Positions 36,901 through 52,988 of a stretch of 64,000 nucleotides of DNA are shown piece after piece. This stretch comes from Klebsormidium nitens (Eukaryota > Plantae > Klebsormidiophyceae). Positions within the stretch are counted from its first letter, which is position 1. Every line of letters starts with the position of its first letter. The position numbers and the translations under genes were made by a program. The notes under the pieces were generated by a model. It made no database searches. It was given only the letters and a program-made list of their open reading frames with translations, and was not told the origin of the DNA. Location of the stretch: positions 1 to 64,000 of the forward strand of contig DF237401.1 of NCBI GenBank assembly GCA_000708835.1. Reading direction: 5' to 3'.

Positions 36901-37708
36901 GCAGTCAGGGTTTTGTAGGATCACCACTCTCGAAAATTTGGCAAGACGTTTCTTAAAACCTCTCTTCTGGCACTGTGTATTGTAACATGGGCTTAAGAAG
37001 CAAACTGAAAGAGGGGTTGTGAGAAAGCTGGTAGAGCCAATTGCTGTAAACGTCGATCCAATAATACACACGAAGGGTTGGTTTCTCTTGTGCAGACGTG
37101 CGGGGGGAGCAGACTCCAAGGTCTGCCCCACAAACGCCTATCCAGAAGGACAACATAGCAGCAGGGAGGCAGCCCCAACATGCCAAGCCAAGTCTGTCCA
37201 GCGCTCCACAGGGGCGTCACTACATGAGCGCAACATCTCTGAGCTTCCAGGGGCACCCATCTCAGGTGAGCAGTTTCACGGGAACTTTGCACCAATGTGT
37301 TCAATCATCCTGTCATGTAGTCAATCAAAGGCTCACCCTTTTTCCTGGGGTGCAAGGGTACAACTCAGGTAGGGGTGCAAACATATAGCCCCTGAGTTCC
37401 TGGCTAGTTGAAGGGTCTGAAGGTGTTCCTTTTCTTGCAAAGGACGGTGTTTTCAACTGCATCAGGTACTCCTTTTTGCTGGCTGAAAGCACCCAATTGT
37501 CTCGTGTAGTCAAAGTGATCTTTGTGCCTTTTTCACTGAGCAACAACCGGCTTCCTCTGTCGCTTTCGAAGCTAAAGCAAACAAAAGTGGTCTCTACCTC
37601 TCAGTGCATGGTACATAGCCCTTGCCCTTACCTTCTCGCTGTGTTCCTTTGGTTGCCCCCTTGCCCATCCTGTCCTTTTCTGACCTTGTTCGATCCCCTT
37701 TCGTCCAG

Positions 37709-40700
37709 GTGTCCCTGCAGCCCCTGCGCGACCAAGCCGAGCACCTGCTGCGCAACCGCCTGGTCCATCAGTCCGCCCACCGCTTTGAGGGCGGGCGCAT
37801 CGGCCGGCGGTGGGAAAAGCAGGAGAACCGCGAGAAGAAGCTGCATGCGCAATCTCCTGGGCCACTGCCCCTCAGCTCTCCACCACCCCTGGCACCGGAC
37901 CTCCACTCGCTGCCCCGTCGGCAGCAGGCCCCTCCCCGTCCCCCTGGCCTGCGACTAAACGCCCTCTTCCAGGACAGCACTCCCGCCATCCCTAAGCCGC
38001 ACCACGCTAACCTGGCCGTCAAGCAGGCACACGCGACAGAGTTGCGCTACTCTTCACCGGAAGTGACGCGACAGGGGCCCCCCGTGCCTCAGTTCAGCCA
38101 AAGGTCAGATCGCAGAGCTCCGCTGGCGCAAACTGGGGTGCCTGCAGGTGACGCGCTGTGGCAGTCTGGGGTCAGCTCGCTCCAAAACCAGCAGGGGCCG
38201 GGGCACTCCGCTCATTGGCAGCCAGCGGAAGAATCACTGTGGAGCAGACAGCAGGCACCCGTCGTGACGGTCATTGGCGCGAAGGAAGGGCAGGGTCCGG
38301 CTCTGAATCTAGGAGACCGCTCTCACAACTATGTGGGTGGTCAGCACTCACAGCGGTTGGTTAGCGGCCAGGACATGGACGTCGGCCCGCACTGGCACGC
38401 CGTAGCAGGAAGGTCCGATAGGGGGCCCAACCCGGACTTGGCGCATGTGGCAGGCGCGATGCACAGCCAAATGCAGCCGAGCACCCATCCAGCCCCCCAG
38501 ATCCCCCACGTCCCCCAGGAAAGGGGTCAGAAGGACTCGTTCGGAGCGGACACGCCAGCCACGCGGGCCCTCCAGTCGCAGTTGTCGAGCACACAGCGAG
38601 CTCTCGGCGGGGCCAAGCATGGTGTCTGGCGCAGTACTCACCCTGCAGGCACGGTAGAGGACCTGTCGGGGCCGGAGCAACGGAGCCCTGTTCAAAACAC
38701 GGGGGCCCTGGACACGGCCGAATCGTCCGCTGAGCACGTGCCATCCCAAGCGACCCGGCAGCGGGGCCGAGCGCCGAGGAAGGCGGTCCGAAAGACGACG
38801 CAAGGGGGGACGCCCGAGAAAGTCGAGCTTGTTGGCGGACATGCTGCTGTGCCGGAGAGCAGCTTGCCTTTGAGGACAGGGGCGCCGCAGGGGTGGCTGG
38901 GGTACTCAGACGGAACGGGCGTACTAGGGATAGAGTCGCACCACGAGTTGTTCCCGAAGGACGACTGGGAGGTGAAGCCGGTCGGCGAGCAAGGCCTCGA
39001 GGCAATCGCGGAAGCGGCGGAGTACGAGGCTGTGGACCAGTATCCAATGGGCAGGTTTTCGAGGGCGAGCGCGAAGTTTGACCAGGCGTTGGGGTTCGAG
39101 AACGTGGACGAGTTCGGGAACGAGGTGTCGGAGGGCAAGAAGAGGCCGCGCGGCGAAGCAGAGAGCGAGACGGAAAGAGCTGCATATGTATCCAGTGTCG
39201 AAGGTCAGGCAGCCTCAGTGTTTATCGTCTCCTGATAGTTTCTCTTGAACTTGACTCGCGAGGCCATTCAGCGGGCAGCAACGTCACCGACGGCTCTTTG
39301 TCTTTCCCATCTGCGCCGGGACTTTGATTTGGTGTGAGAAACTTGAGCAGGAGTGCCCCTGGCTGATGGCAGGTCGTTCTTCGGTCAGAATGCTTACGAG
39401 GAAAGCCTGACGTCACTTTTCTTCCCTGCAGCTCTGAGTGGGACCAACGCTGCTGCTCGAAGCCGGATTGCCTGCGAATTGGAGAAGCAGGCAATCATTC
39501 TTGCCCTGGAGGAAGGTAAGAAAGCGCTATTAGGTCCTCGTTTGAGACGGGGACGGTCTCGTTTGCATTACGGGTGCGTTCGTCGTGTCGCTTAGCCCTT
39601 CTGGAGATTCTAGATGTTTCTCTCTCTCACACTGCAGTGGCTGGTCAAGCGCTTGTTTCGCTGGTCAAGCGCGTCTTCCGTTGTCCGTTGTGCCTTTCCT
39701 GACGGTCTGCTTGGTCCACATGGGCCTGGCTACTTGCACCTCGTACCTAGTTCGGAACCCCTTGTACAGATTCGACGGGTCCAGAGCTTCCATTTAATTG
39801 GCCCCCGAGTTCCCGAGCTGACGTCAGTGAGTCTGTGCACGGTGCAGGCCACGTGGTGAAGCGCATCAAGCTGATGGGCATCCTCAGCGGCTCTGCTCCT
39901 CGAGCAGCTCCCGAGCCTGCTGCGTCCTTACCCTCTGGCGCCGTCTGCCCTCATGCGGGCCCGGGGCCAGCACGAGGCGATGCAGACGTGGTGTCCGAGA
40001 ACGGAGGCCCTTTTCTGACTGGGCCTCCTGTGAGTGGGACGGAGATGCCGGGCTTGCAGCCTGTTGTAACTTACAACGACGTCACAGGAGCCCCAAGGAC
40101 TGGGCGGGATACTGTGAACGGAGGGGACGGATCAGAGGGGCATGTGGGGCCCCCGCAAAAGCCGCTAACCTCCGCAGTGCCTACAGCCGGGGCTCCTTTC
40201 TCTGCATCGGCACAGCAAGACGCGACCCCCTTCGATCGCGCTTCTGGCCACTTTGCGGTCCCGAGCGATCCTGGTCAGCCGACCGCACACTTCTTTGCGG
40301 ACGTCCAGGACGCCATGTCGGACAGCGAAGACAAGGAGAACATCCGGCCCAAGGAGGACACGGCAGCCAGTGACGACATGGACTTCGAGACGGACCTGGA
40401 CCAGTCGCCGCCGCAACAAGAGCAGAGCGGCAACGCGTCGCCGGTGCTGCTCACCCCCTCAATCGGCGAAGGGCTGGCCCACTCCGTCGGCAACGTGGTT
40501 CTGTCCTACGGAGCAGGAGCAGCCGGGAGCTTTGCCGAAGGCATGGTGCTGCAGAGGCCCGTCACAAGTCCGCTCGGCTCGAGCGAGGAGATGGGGGAGG
40601 ACGATCCTTTGTTGGCGCTGCAACCTGCAGCCAAACGTCACAAGGCCGCTCACCTTCCCCAGCCGGTGGCGCCCAGCACCCCTGCTGAGGTAGCCACCAA

Positions 40701-41217
40701 TGCTGCCTCCGTGTTTGGTGCCAGCCCACCTGCCGACGCGTGGGAGAAGCACGACAGCCCACCCCTTCGCTCGAAGGTGGTCAAGTGTCTCGTGAGCCAC
40801 CCCCTGACGCCCCCCAAATCGTCCTTCCCGTCCTTCCCGAGCCCCGCCCACCAGACCTTGCCCGTCGTCACCCGTCGGTCGTCTGTCTCCTCACGAACCC
40901 CCTCACCCCCCGGCGTCAAAGCAGGAGGGGTCCCCTCCCCCAAGTCGTCCCCCGACAGGATGAGGCCCGCGCTTTGCTCCGCCCCTTACAACCTGGGGTC
41001 GCCCACCAAGAGCCGGGAGGGGCGAGGCCCCTTCTCGTCCCCTCAGAAGACGTCGCCAGGGAGGAAGACGATCCCGTCCCCCGCGAAGAGCCGGAACTCG
41101 ACCGCGAGCCCGCCTAAGAAGGGCAGCAAGGGGTCGGGCCCCTCGTCGAGCAGCTCACGAAGCATGGGCCCGTCTCCACCGAAGTCGAGCCCCGCGAAAA
41201 TGGCAAGGTTGATCTGA
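37709..41217 (+). CDS. Hypothetical, largely low-complexity/disordered protein (S/P-rich C-terminus); further 5' exons likely at ~35250-37000
   Basis: Long high-GC ORFs 37622-39235 and 39835-41217 are joinable via a small exon ~39432-39514 (ALSGTNAAARSRIACELEKQAIILALEEG) with phase-1 GT-AG junctions to HVVKRIKLMGIL. No family recognised. Confidence 0.6.
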
Positions 41218-41587
41218 CGAGGTGTTAGCTGAATCGCAATCGCAGATATCTGTAGAAGGTAGCAGCGTTGTCGAAAGAAGCCCAGATGAATGTTGAACGA
41301 GCGCCAACCCTAGTTCCTTTAATAAGGAGTAGAATCGCAATCGTCAGCCGAAGGCTGTACGAACCTCGCTTAGGCTAAGTATCAGCCTAGGGAAAGTGGC
41401 ACTCAGAGCGCCTCTAGTGTTACTCTATGCCCAGGATCAGCTCACCAGCGAGAGTAAACGTGTTGGCCTAGGGTTTTTCAAGCTTGCAGTCTAAAATAAG
41501 TTGCGTTGCAAGTGGACCGTATATGCTTGATGGAACCTCGTATGCGTTTGAAGCGCTGAGGCCATTGCGTCATACTGGCAACGCTCA

Positions 41588-41741
41588 CTTGCACTAGAAG
41601 CCGCTTGCACTAAGTCACATAGCTCCCGGGCAGCCAAACTAATATCCTAACCGCGAACAAATCACGCTGCGCACCAGTACCCACCCTAACCCCACCCGTC
41701 CCCCGAGTGCTTATCTTAGTGCAGGCTGCTCTTAGTGCAAG
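41588..41741. repeat. ~155-bp MITE-like element with doubled inverted termini
   Basis: Left CTTGCACTAG (41588-97) + GCTTGCACTAAG (41603-14); right CTTAGTGCAG (41715-24) + CTTAGTGCAAGC (41731-42), which are reverse complements. Confidence 0.45.
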
Positions 41742-42806
41742 CTAGCGTCGCCGAACTCATCATGCTTTGATGACTCATGGATGCCCGCCCAAAATATGCG
41801 ATGGTGACCCCCAATACGCCTTGAAGAAAGGCAGCATGCGAGGAACATGTGGGTGTATGGCAATCGTTAGACTCTTATAACAGTCATTGCTGCACGCATT
41901 GAGCCAGCAGACACATATACGCATAGGATATGCATTGTACGCATAGCTATAAGACACTCAGAATAGGAAGTCAGATCTAAAGTACTCAACTAGCGCGCGT
42001 GGCTGCAGTATATTTGCGCGCGAGACTACGTGCACATGCAGCTTCATGATTGTGCATAACCATGTAAAGCTATTATCACATTTATTTGACAACACGAAAC
42101 AAGCTATCATTTCACTGATTCGATGCGTGCAGGGTAATGTTCGTTGCTTTGCTCAAAAGGTTATGTAAGAAATGCTCCCGCGATGTTCATCGAGAAGTGA
42201 GTCAAGCCACGCTGCAGCTCGAAAATTGCTAGGAAATACGTACATTCAGCATTTAGTACATGGATGAGGTGTCCTTGCCATACTTGTAGCTATAGCTGAG
42301 CTAGCTGCAGGTTGCTTTGGGACATTGGAAAAACCACACCAGGTCGAAACCATAATCTGTGATAGCTCACACGTAGCGCTAAGCTGCTTCTTGAGTTGTG
42401 CACCAGACAGGGAAACTTTTGGCAGCTGTACTTGGACACAGCACCATGGCACGATGCCCCTGTAATCGGCCTCGAGACTTGCAGCGTCGAGGTTACACGA
42501 CCCCCAGAATCAACAAGGGTACGAACTTCTCTTAGCCAGTCTGGCAGGGTCGCTGGAACGGCCTATCCATTATATATTATAAAAACAAAGCTTGCAAGGC
42601 AGTACACAGTGACAAGTAGACGTGGCCTATCTGTTCCTACTAGGGCAAATAGAGCATAAACATCGTCCTCGATTTGAGTCATCCGGAGAAAGAAAACCCG
42701 ACTTTATTTGAGCAGCACTTTTTGTCACACCCCCCACGGCGAAGTCACAACGATGCAAACGTGCTGGGAGCCACCAACCCTTGAGCGAGCAACTGAAAGA
42801 GACCGC

Positions 42807-45892
<3,086 letters not shown>

Positions 45893-46683
45893 TTTGCAAC
45901 TTCCAATGAACACAACCTGTCGCACGTAGCGGTCTTTTACCAGTCAAGGTTCGCCCACGTCTCACATCCAGGCAACTGCGATGCGATGCAATGTATCGCC
46001 TGCAGCCCTTGCCGGCTCCGCAATGTGATTATGTTCTACACAGCGCAGACCGAAAAGTGACGTTTCTCTCTGCTTGAACTCCCGTCTGCTATTGAATGTG
46101 GTTTTCCACACAAGATAACGAATCTACAGTGCTCATAGAAAATGACTTGGAGACAATGCAAGTCTAAGACCCTCGGTTCCAACCCCTAGCTTGCTGCTTT
46201 GGACTCTTCAGCTCAAGCCTGAGCACACGGCAAACCCTGCACAAGATTCTCCCAACCTCAAATCTTACTGTTGTGATCTCGGGTGAAAATAGACAGGACT
46301 AGGCAACCTAGCAAACCCGCGCCATTTGTGGCGAGATTGGGCTCCGGATCTGGATAATGGGAGCTGACGGAAGAGCTGGCAGCTGCCCTCCAAGTCTCCA
46401 GCTCAAGAACTCCTCCAACCGCTCAACGGACCAAGTTGTAAGATAAGAGCTCCACAGAAGACCTGGCTGGCGGCCCCCGCACAGTGCTTTATAACACAAT
46501 CCTGGACAATGCTCCTTGCCCCGCAACTTCAACTTCAAGTTCACGGGTGCAGCGTGCTACCGTAAAGTCTTACATACCTACGTCTACCTACTTCGGATTG
46601 TCTACGGATTTCTTGCTTTTATAGGTCCTATATTTGAAAGACTCGGACGGTCCGATGAATTTCATCGACGGTTGGCGAGAACT

Positions 46684-46890
46684 CGTACCTGCACGAGGGT
46701 AGCACTGGGTACTTGGTACATACTACCATCGGTACATACCTAGGTAGTGAGTACAGGCGGCGGCACTGCAGTGACTGCACAGTGCAGGCAGTGCGGTACA
46801 AACCAGTGGTAAATGCCGGCCGGCCGCTCCGAGCTCTTAGGCTTCTTAGCCTAGTCCTAGGTACATTTGTCATAATACATACCTAGGTAC
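46684..46890. promoter_or_regulatory. Second GTAC/CCTAGGTA cluster with a duplicated 14-mer
   Basis: TACATACCTAGGTA at 46733-46746 and 46876-46889; about 7 GTAC in ~210 bp upstream of ROP. Confidence 0.4.
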
Positions 46891-48029
46891 TTACTATTAG
46901 TGCGTGCCCAAGTGCCTTGACATTGTGGGCTGTCCAAAGCACGTGCACAAATGCCTAAAAAGAGACTTTTAGAGACAATCTCAAGGCTCGAGCTACTGGG
47001 TATGTACATTCGAACTTCGCTCATGTGCCACAAATGGCTCCTGCACGACTCCAATGGCTTTCAAATCGAATATTTTGTACAATTGAGTCGCTAAGGATTG
47101 TCCTATTTGATTTAGATGTCATAGTCCGGGCCCTTCTCTTCATGTCTTTTTGAGCCTGTAGCCTACCTAGAAGTTAAATTAACAAGTGTGATTCAACAAT
47201 ACCATGGCTGATAATTTCTTCGATCTTGCATACCACTCCGTACGATACAGCCATGCCCACTCAACCACCATCTTTGTCATGTTCTAGGGGTCTTCTGTCT
47301 AGTCTCCGTGTGACCAACTACGTCATTGGGCCTTCCATATGTACACCGTCGGCATACGGTGTCCGTGATTGTTACTCTCGCCTCTGGTTGCCAATTTGCA
47401 CCGTTGTTCTATCTCGATCAGATGCACATTTGCAGTACACTTAAACACCTTCTATCCATACTTCAAGACTCTTTTGCTGCCCTGACCGGATACACGGTTT
47501 AGAGTTTTCGTCTGCAACGTTGCTAAGAAGGCAACACAACTTTCAAATCGGGAACCTTTCAGAAGATTGCTTCGACATGGCAATCTGGATTGCACTGCCT
47601 GGATATGCTGAGGTCATGCAAGTTTGTCATACATTGGACACACTTGTAAGGTTTTAGGCTTAACTGGATGTGTTGGAAAGTCATAAACAAATACAAACTT
47701 CAAAGGTGGATATTCTTATTGCATCATGTGCCGACCCTACTATTTACTTTGACAGCAGTTGATGCCCCTTTGAATATCAGGGCAGTCTTTAGTGTTTGCA
47801 CGATGCCAGGTCGACAACCCATGTCAGGGACTATTTACGGAAAGTGAGCACTCCGTCTCGAGATTGAGATAGGTTTCTCTCATACTTTAAATGCTCAACA
47901 TTCTTGAGAACAATTGCAACCAAATAACGACCACCAAGCGTCGACCTATGGCAAGTCCGTCAACTCCGTCAATCAGTGACCAACAACTCTAACTGCGCCT
48001 TCCCCCTTTGCATTCGGCCAGGTTCCCAT

Positions 48030-51000
48030 TCAAACTGTCAAGTGATTTGCAAAGTCGTGCATCCCCACTTTCGCAGCTCGAGCACTAAGCTTTTGAAGGG
48101 CACCTGCTTGAATCTGCCTCACTCTTTCCCGCGTGCAGCCATACCTGCAATATAAGTCGCAGTCCGCCTTGTTCAATAGATGCTTGAAGCAGCCAACAGC
48201 ATCAGATGCAGTTTCAAACGACGAACCTCGAACCGACGACAGGAGTGTCCCAGACACAAGAATATTTCCGAACTAGAGTTTGATACCCACGCCTGATGTG
48301 ACTACATCAAAGCCAAATCGTCAATAAGCACATGTAAGCAAGCAAATAAGTATCTATAAGCCCCCACAGTCTTCAAGAGTCCAGTCCAAACAGCCCCGAA
48401 ATCCAACTCAAAATTCAGCAGCCACCTGTCGTGCTTCTTACTCACTTATGGCCCAAGATCTCAAATGCTAGACCCGTCCCTTCGTATTCCCCCAGTCCAA
48501 AGCCATGGTTGACGATGTCCCGCTCCCTGGAGTCTAAGCAACCGAGCAGCCGGTGGACCTCCTTTTCCTTGAAGCGGTTCTCCGCTTCGAGGCGGGGGTT
48601 CGCCTCAGGTGACGGGTCGTGCACCATCTGCAACCCGAGGTTGAGAGTCACGATGACAGGCAGGAGAAAGCGGCTGTTGCAATATCCACCATGAACACAA
48701 CGGGTTTACAGGAATCGGATGAGCAGAAGGCTGATAAGGGCCGGAGATGCTCATAGTGACAGGTGCCAACAGGCAGGGCAACCTCCACAAGTAACTCCAA
48801 TTTTGTTGCCATCCACGTCACAATAATGCATGTCTCATTTGTTTGCAACTCAAAGAACATGACCGGTCCAAAATCCCTCATCAATATGCATTTAAAAACG
48901 AGCCTGGCCTCACCGAACCAAAAGTCCACTCTCTGGCATCAGAGTCGGGGAACCTGGAGCCCATGCTTGCGTCCCAGGAAAACATTCTCTGGCTCATCTG
49001 CAGGAGTGCCCAAGAAGGGTCAGTGGACCTGGTGTGCAGTTGACCGTCAACACTAGACTGCGCTGAGCTTGCAGCCTTCCTTCAAAAGTATTGGGTGCTC
49101 AGACACCAACTTTTCACCATGCATCAAACGGAGACTATGAGCGGCGTCGCAATATGCAAACGCGGTGGCAAGAACTGATTCGCCGGGGTGGTTGATGAAT
49201 TTGATATCAAATGTTCTAGTCTGAAATTCAATCCGCGTGCACAAACACACCGAGTTCGAATCGTACTTAGAAACAGAAGATTGCGACAGCTGACGAGTAC
49301 TCTATGAGAGTCGAGTAATCTGTAATAGTTGCAGGAAAGTAGATCACTTACGGCCACAAGGCAGCTTTTGACCTTGACTTGAGGGATCTTCAACTCCTGA
49401 GCAATGTACTGCATGCCAAGAAATCAAGGTGAGCAGCATACCAACAATTTTATTTCCAACAGCTGCTCCATATCATAAATAGTTACACTTCCACGCAAGG
49501 AGAAGAATCTCGGCCAGTTTCTCCATCAAACCTGCAGCTCTGTCAACCCAGTTGTCCAATTACTGAATTACAATCGATAGGTTCTTCTCGTGGACAGCCT
49601 CCTTGCATCGAGCAGCCAAGCAAAGCTAGCCAGGCTCATACACTCGTTGCTCCACCCTGTCTGATCTCAGAGCGCAACAGTGTTTGAATTTCAGCTTGAC
49701 CTGTGCTTGCGATTCACAGCAAGGGCCTGACAAATCTGCGGTGTGTGCATCAGCAAACTATCAAGTAAGCCCAGTATAACATCTTATCTGCGCCCAGACT
49801 GGCGTGCGGAAGAAACCGGGGCAACTTTCTCAAAAGCACATCCTGCCCTATGCTGCACAGACTGATATAATTCTCTAAAACAGGCGTACCATAAGCCATA
49901 ATCTCACCTCCGGAGTCAAATCCTTTGATGTCTTTCCTGACTCCCGAATTAGGCGTCGGATGCGGGAAATGGCCTCGTGCATATGTACAGGCATCTTGAT
50001 TGTCCGCGAGCTGTCGGCAATTGCCCGGGTGCAAGCCTGCAGAAGATGCCCTATGTTAGAAGCATAGTTTCTTTGATGTTTCAGAGGTTACACATTTGTA
50101 ATGTCCTCGCTCGCCAACAGCATTGCCAAGATCTACTAAGAGATGGCTGATCAGTTGTAAACCAAAAAATTGTGAAGCATCGCCCCGAACCAGGTGAATT
50201 GCCATCGCCATTACAATCGATCTTTTCAGATTCTCCTGAGAAGACAAGCCTTAAGAATTGAAAATCCTGCAGCCGCATACCTGTCGAATCCACCAATGGG
50301 TGTAGGTTGACAGCTTGTACCCTCGTTTATATTCAAACCTCTCAATACCCCTCATCAACCCAAGGGTGCCCTCCTGCAACCAGCGAAGTGTCTATGTTTA
50401 GAACCTTTGATGTTGTAAGCAAAGCAAATCTTGATGAGAAGGATTGACTTCCACCTACCAAGCCACAGGTTACTGGTCTCCAACCCCATCAGCTCTAGAT
50501 TGCAGAAGCATAAATTTGTGATCACTTTGTGAAAACAACCGGATTCAAGCTTCCCAAAACCGACTGCTCAGTCACCTGGGACAAACCCCGCAACACGCAG
50601 TCCAGAATCAAATGATGCACTTTATCAAGCACAACGGCTGGCACTCAAAAGAGCGCAAGCTTCAGGCGATTAGCAGCAAGCCAGTTTCAAGCTGTTCGCA
50701 GATATCTGGTCCCAGTTCCTGCACTTACCTGAATAAGGTCTACTAGCGGAAGCCCAAAAGAAGCGTAATTCTTGGCCACTGAGATCACAAGTCTCAAGTT
50801 GGAGACGACCAGCTTTTCTTTCGCACTCTCAGCATGTCGGACCCGCCTGACCAGCTCCCCCATGTCATCGGCCAGCTCCACATGGACTGCCCACTCTTCT
50901 AGGGTTGCCTCCCTCTCCAGCGCATGCTCCAGCCTGGGAATTGTGCAAGTGCCCGGTGAGTCTGAGTCACCCCTAAAGTTCCTGCCGGCAAAGTCATACC

Positions 51001-51964
51001 AACAAGGCCCAACAAGTCACGCGATATGCAGGCTTGTGTCAAGAGACCCTTGGAATGACAAGCCAACCGATTGGGCAGGCTGGCATTTGCCACACTTGAC
51101 GAAGGATTTCTTGTAGGCATTGACCAGATGCAATATTAACCAAGAGCGCGAAGCCTACCTCTCCTTTGCAGCTTGCAGCTGCTGCCCGATGTAAACCTTT
51201 TTGCACAAGTGCTTCTCCTCCTCCGGCGTCAGCAGCTGGTGCGTGTTTAGACATTCCTCAAATAGCGAGAGGCTCTCGTCCAACCCCGCCTCCGCCCTTT
51301 GCTGCGCAACTGCAGCCGCCCTCCGTGCAGCCTCACTGGAGGAGCTCCTAACCCCACTGAACTCGGGCACTGGGTCCCCCTGCGCAGTAAACCGCTCCTT
51401 CCGAGTCTGCAGCCGTCTCCTCCGTGCGGGCCCGGACATGTTTGAACTGCTCGGCCGTATTCTTGGTTGAACTGGCTTTGCTGGTTTCTTCACTCTGGCC
51501 CGAGCCTCTCTTGCGCCGGCTTCTGTACAGGGCGCCTCCTCCTGCGCCTCCTCCTGCGCCTCAAACTCCCTGCCTGACGTTGATGGCAGCAACCCCTCGT
51601 CCTCCTCCACAGAAGGAAGGGCCCACTGCGTCTCCAGCAAGGTCCTCTTCAGCTCCAACATGTCCAGCTCCGCTAAATCCAACGTAGAGGCCACCGCCGA
51701 TGTGCCAGCAGCCACAACCCTCGCCGTGACTCTGTCCCCACGCTTCGCTTTGAGAGTGCTACCGGCATTGCTGGCAACTGATTTGACACACAGCACCGTT
51801 GGAGGACTCGTCACAACCTCCTGTGTCCCCCGTGCCTGAACGCAGGGAATTGGCAGAAAGGACTCCTTGGCATTTGCAAGTCCTTGAGGACCCTGCCCCA
51901 GTCCTGCACCAAGAAACGTGTTCGAACGCACAAGGGTTCCTTTGCAGGAGATGAGGGAGGCCAT
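48030..51964 (-). CDS. Nuclear-encoded plastid RNA polymerase sigma-70 factor
   Basis: Transit-like N-terminus [14 protein letters not shown]; region 1.2 [10 protein letters not shown]; [22 protein letters not shown]|[31 protein letters not shown]|[21 protein letters not shown]; region 4 [24 protein letters not shown] subtype not assigned. Confidence 0.93.
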
Positions 51965-52597
51965 TCTTACCCAACGAGAGCAAAATCCCACACAACAAAC
52001 CACTCGATGGAATCAGGTACCGCCGAGTTGGAACAATGAGGTCCCGTACTCCCCAGCTTGTTAGCTGCTTTCACAAAGCAGTCTCGGAAACTGACACCTT
52101 CACCGCCCTGCCTGATGCTCTTTATCCAGGCACCAGAAGCCCTAGAGCGCAGCCAATTGCGAGACGCAACGGCATCCAACCAGCAACGTCAAGTGATGCA
52201 AGCTCCGCTGGGAGCTTGACCTAGAGCTGCAGTCCGACCCTGGGCCTCCGACCCTCGAGACTGCAGGCTCAGCAAAGTTTCTGGTCTAGATTTTCGAAGG
52301 AGAAGATTCTTCGCACTTTTTGCTCGTATTGCTCTGTACGCGCTTCGCCTTCTGGCTACTTTTGGCCGTCAGATCGTAGCATCGGACCGCGAAGATGGCA
52401 TGAAAAGCCGTACAACCCTACAGCACCTTTATAACTCATGCGTACTGGCCGTGCTTTTTGAGTAGCAAATCAAAGCTCTCCCTTTTACCAGCGTGGCAGA
52501 CCTGTGCTATCCAATTTGGCAGATCTTTTTGTGAGCATTCCAGCGTTCTGGGATCGACGCGCGTGGCTGCGCGAGCAGTCGCAATGTGAAGCGCCAC

Positions 52598-52621
52598 CCG
52601 GCCGCCCGGCCGCCCGGCCGC
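52598..52621 (+). repeat. (CCGGCCGC)x3 tandem in the sigma/TON1 bidirectional promoter
   Basis: Three perfect 8-bp copies. Confidence 0.7.
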
Positions 52622-52988
52622 GGTGGAGACGGCCACACGCGCACCAGCCTAGGCTCTGCCATGCTCTGCCACCACCTATACCGTATGTAGCCTTAGGTAC
52701 ATTGCTAGCTGGAGCCGGAAGCAGAGCTGCAATTTGTTCCTGGGGCCGTAGCAGACAATGCAATGCGGGCTGGAGCAAGGCGCAGCTCTTCTGCAAGACT
52801 GCAAGTAGAAAAGCGCATGGTGCCTAGCTAGATTCTGGTTTGGTGGTGCAATTTCATTTGTGGCCGGAAGCACTGACCAGTTTGTCTTCAGGAAATCTGC
52901 GCTTATTAGCAGGTTCCCGACCTCCTGAATTTGTGTAGGAGAAGCTAAGTTGTGAGATCTGCATAGTTGAGCGTGGATTGAGTAAACC

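Noticed and set aside
39640-39672. 13-bp direct repeat GCTGGTCAAGCGC with 20-bp period
   Set aside because: Only two copies in an intron; no array, so not CRISPR-like.
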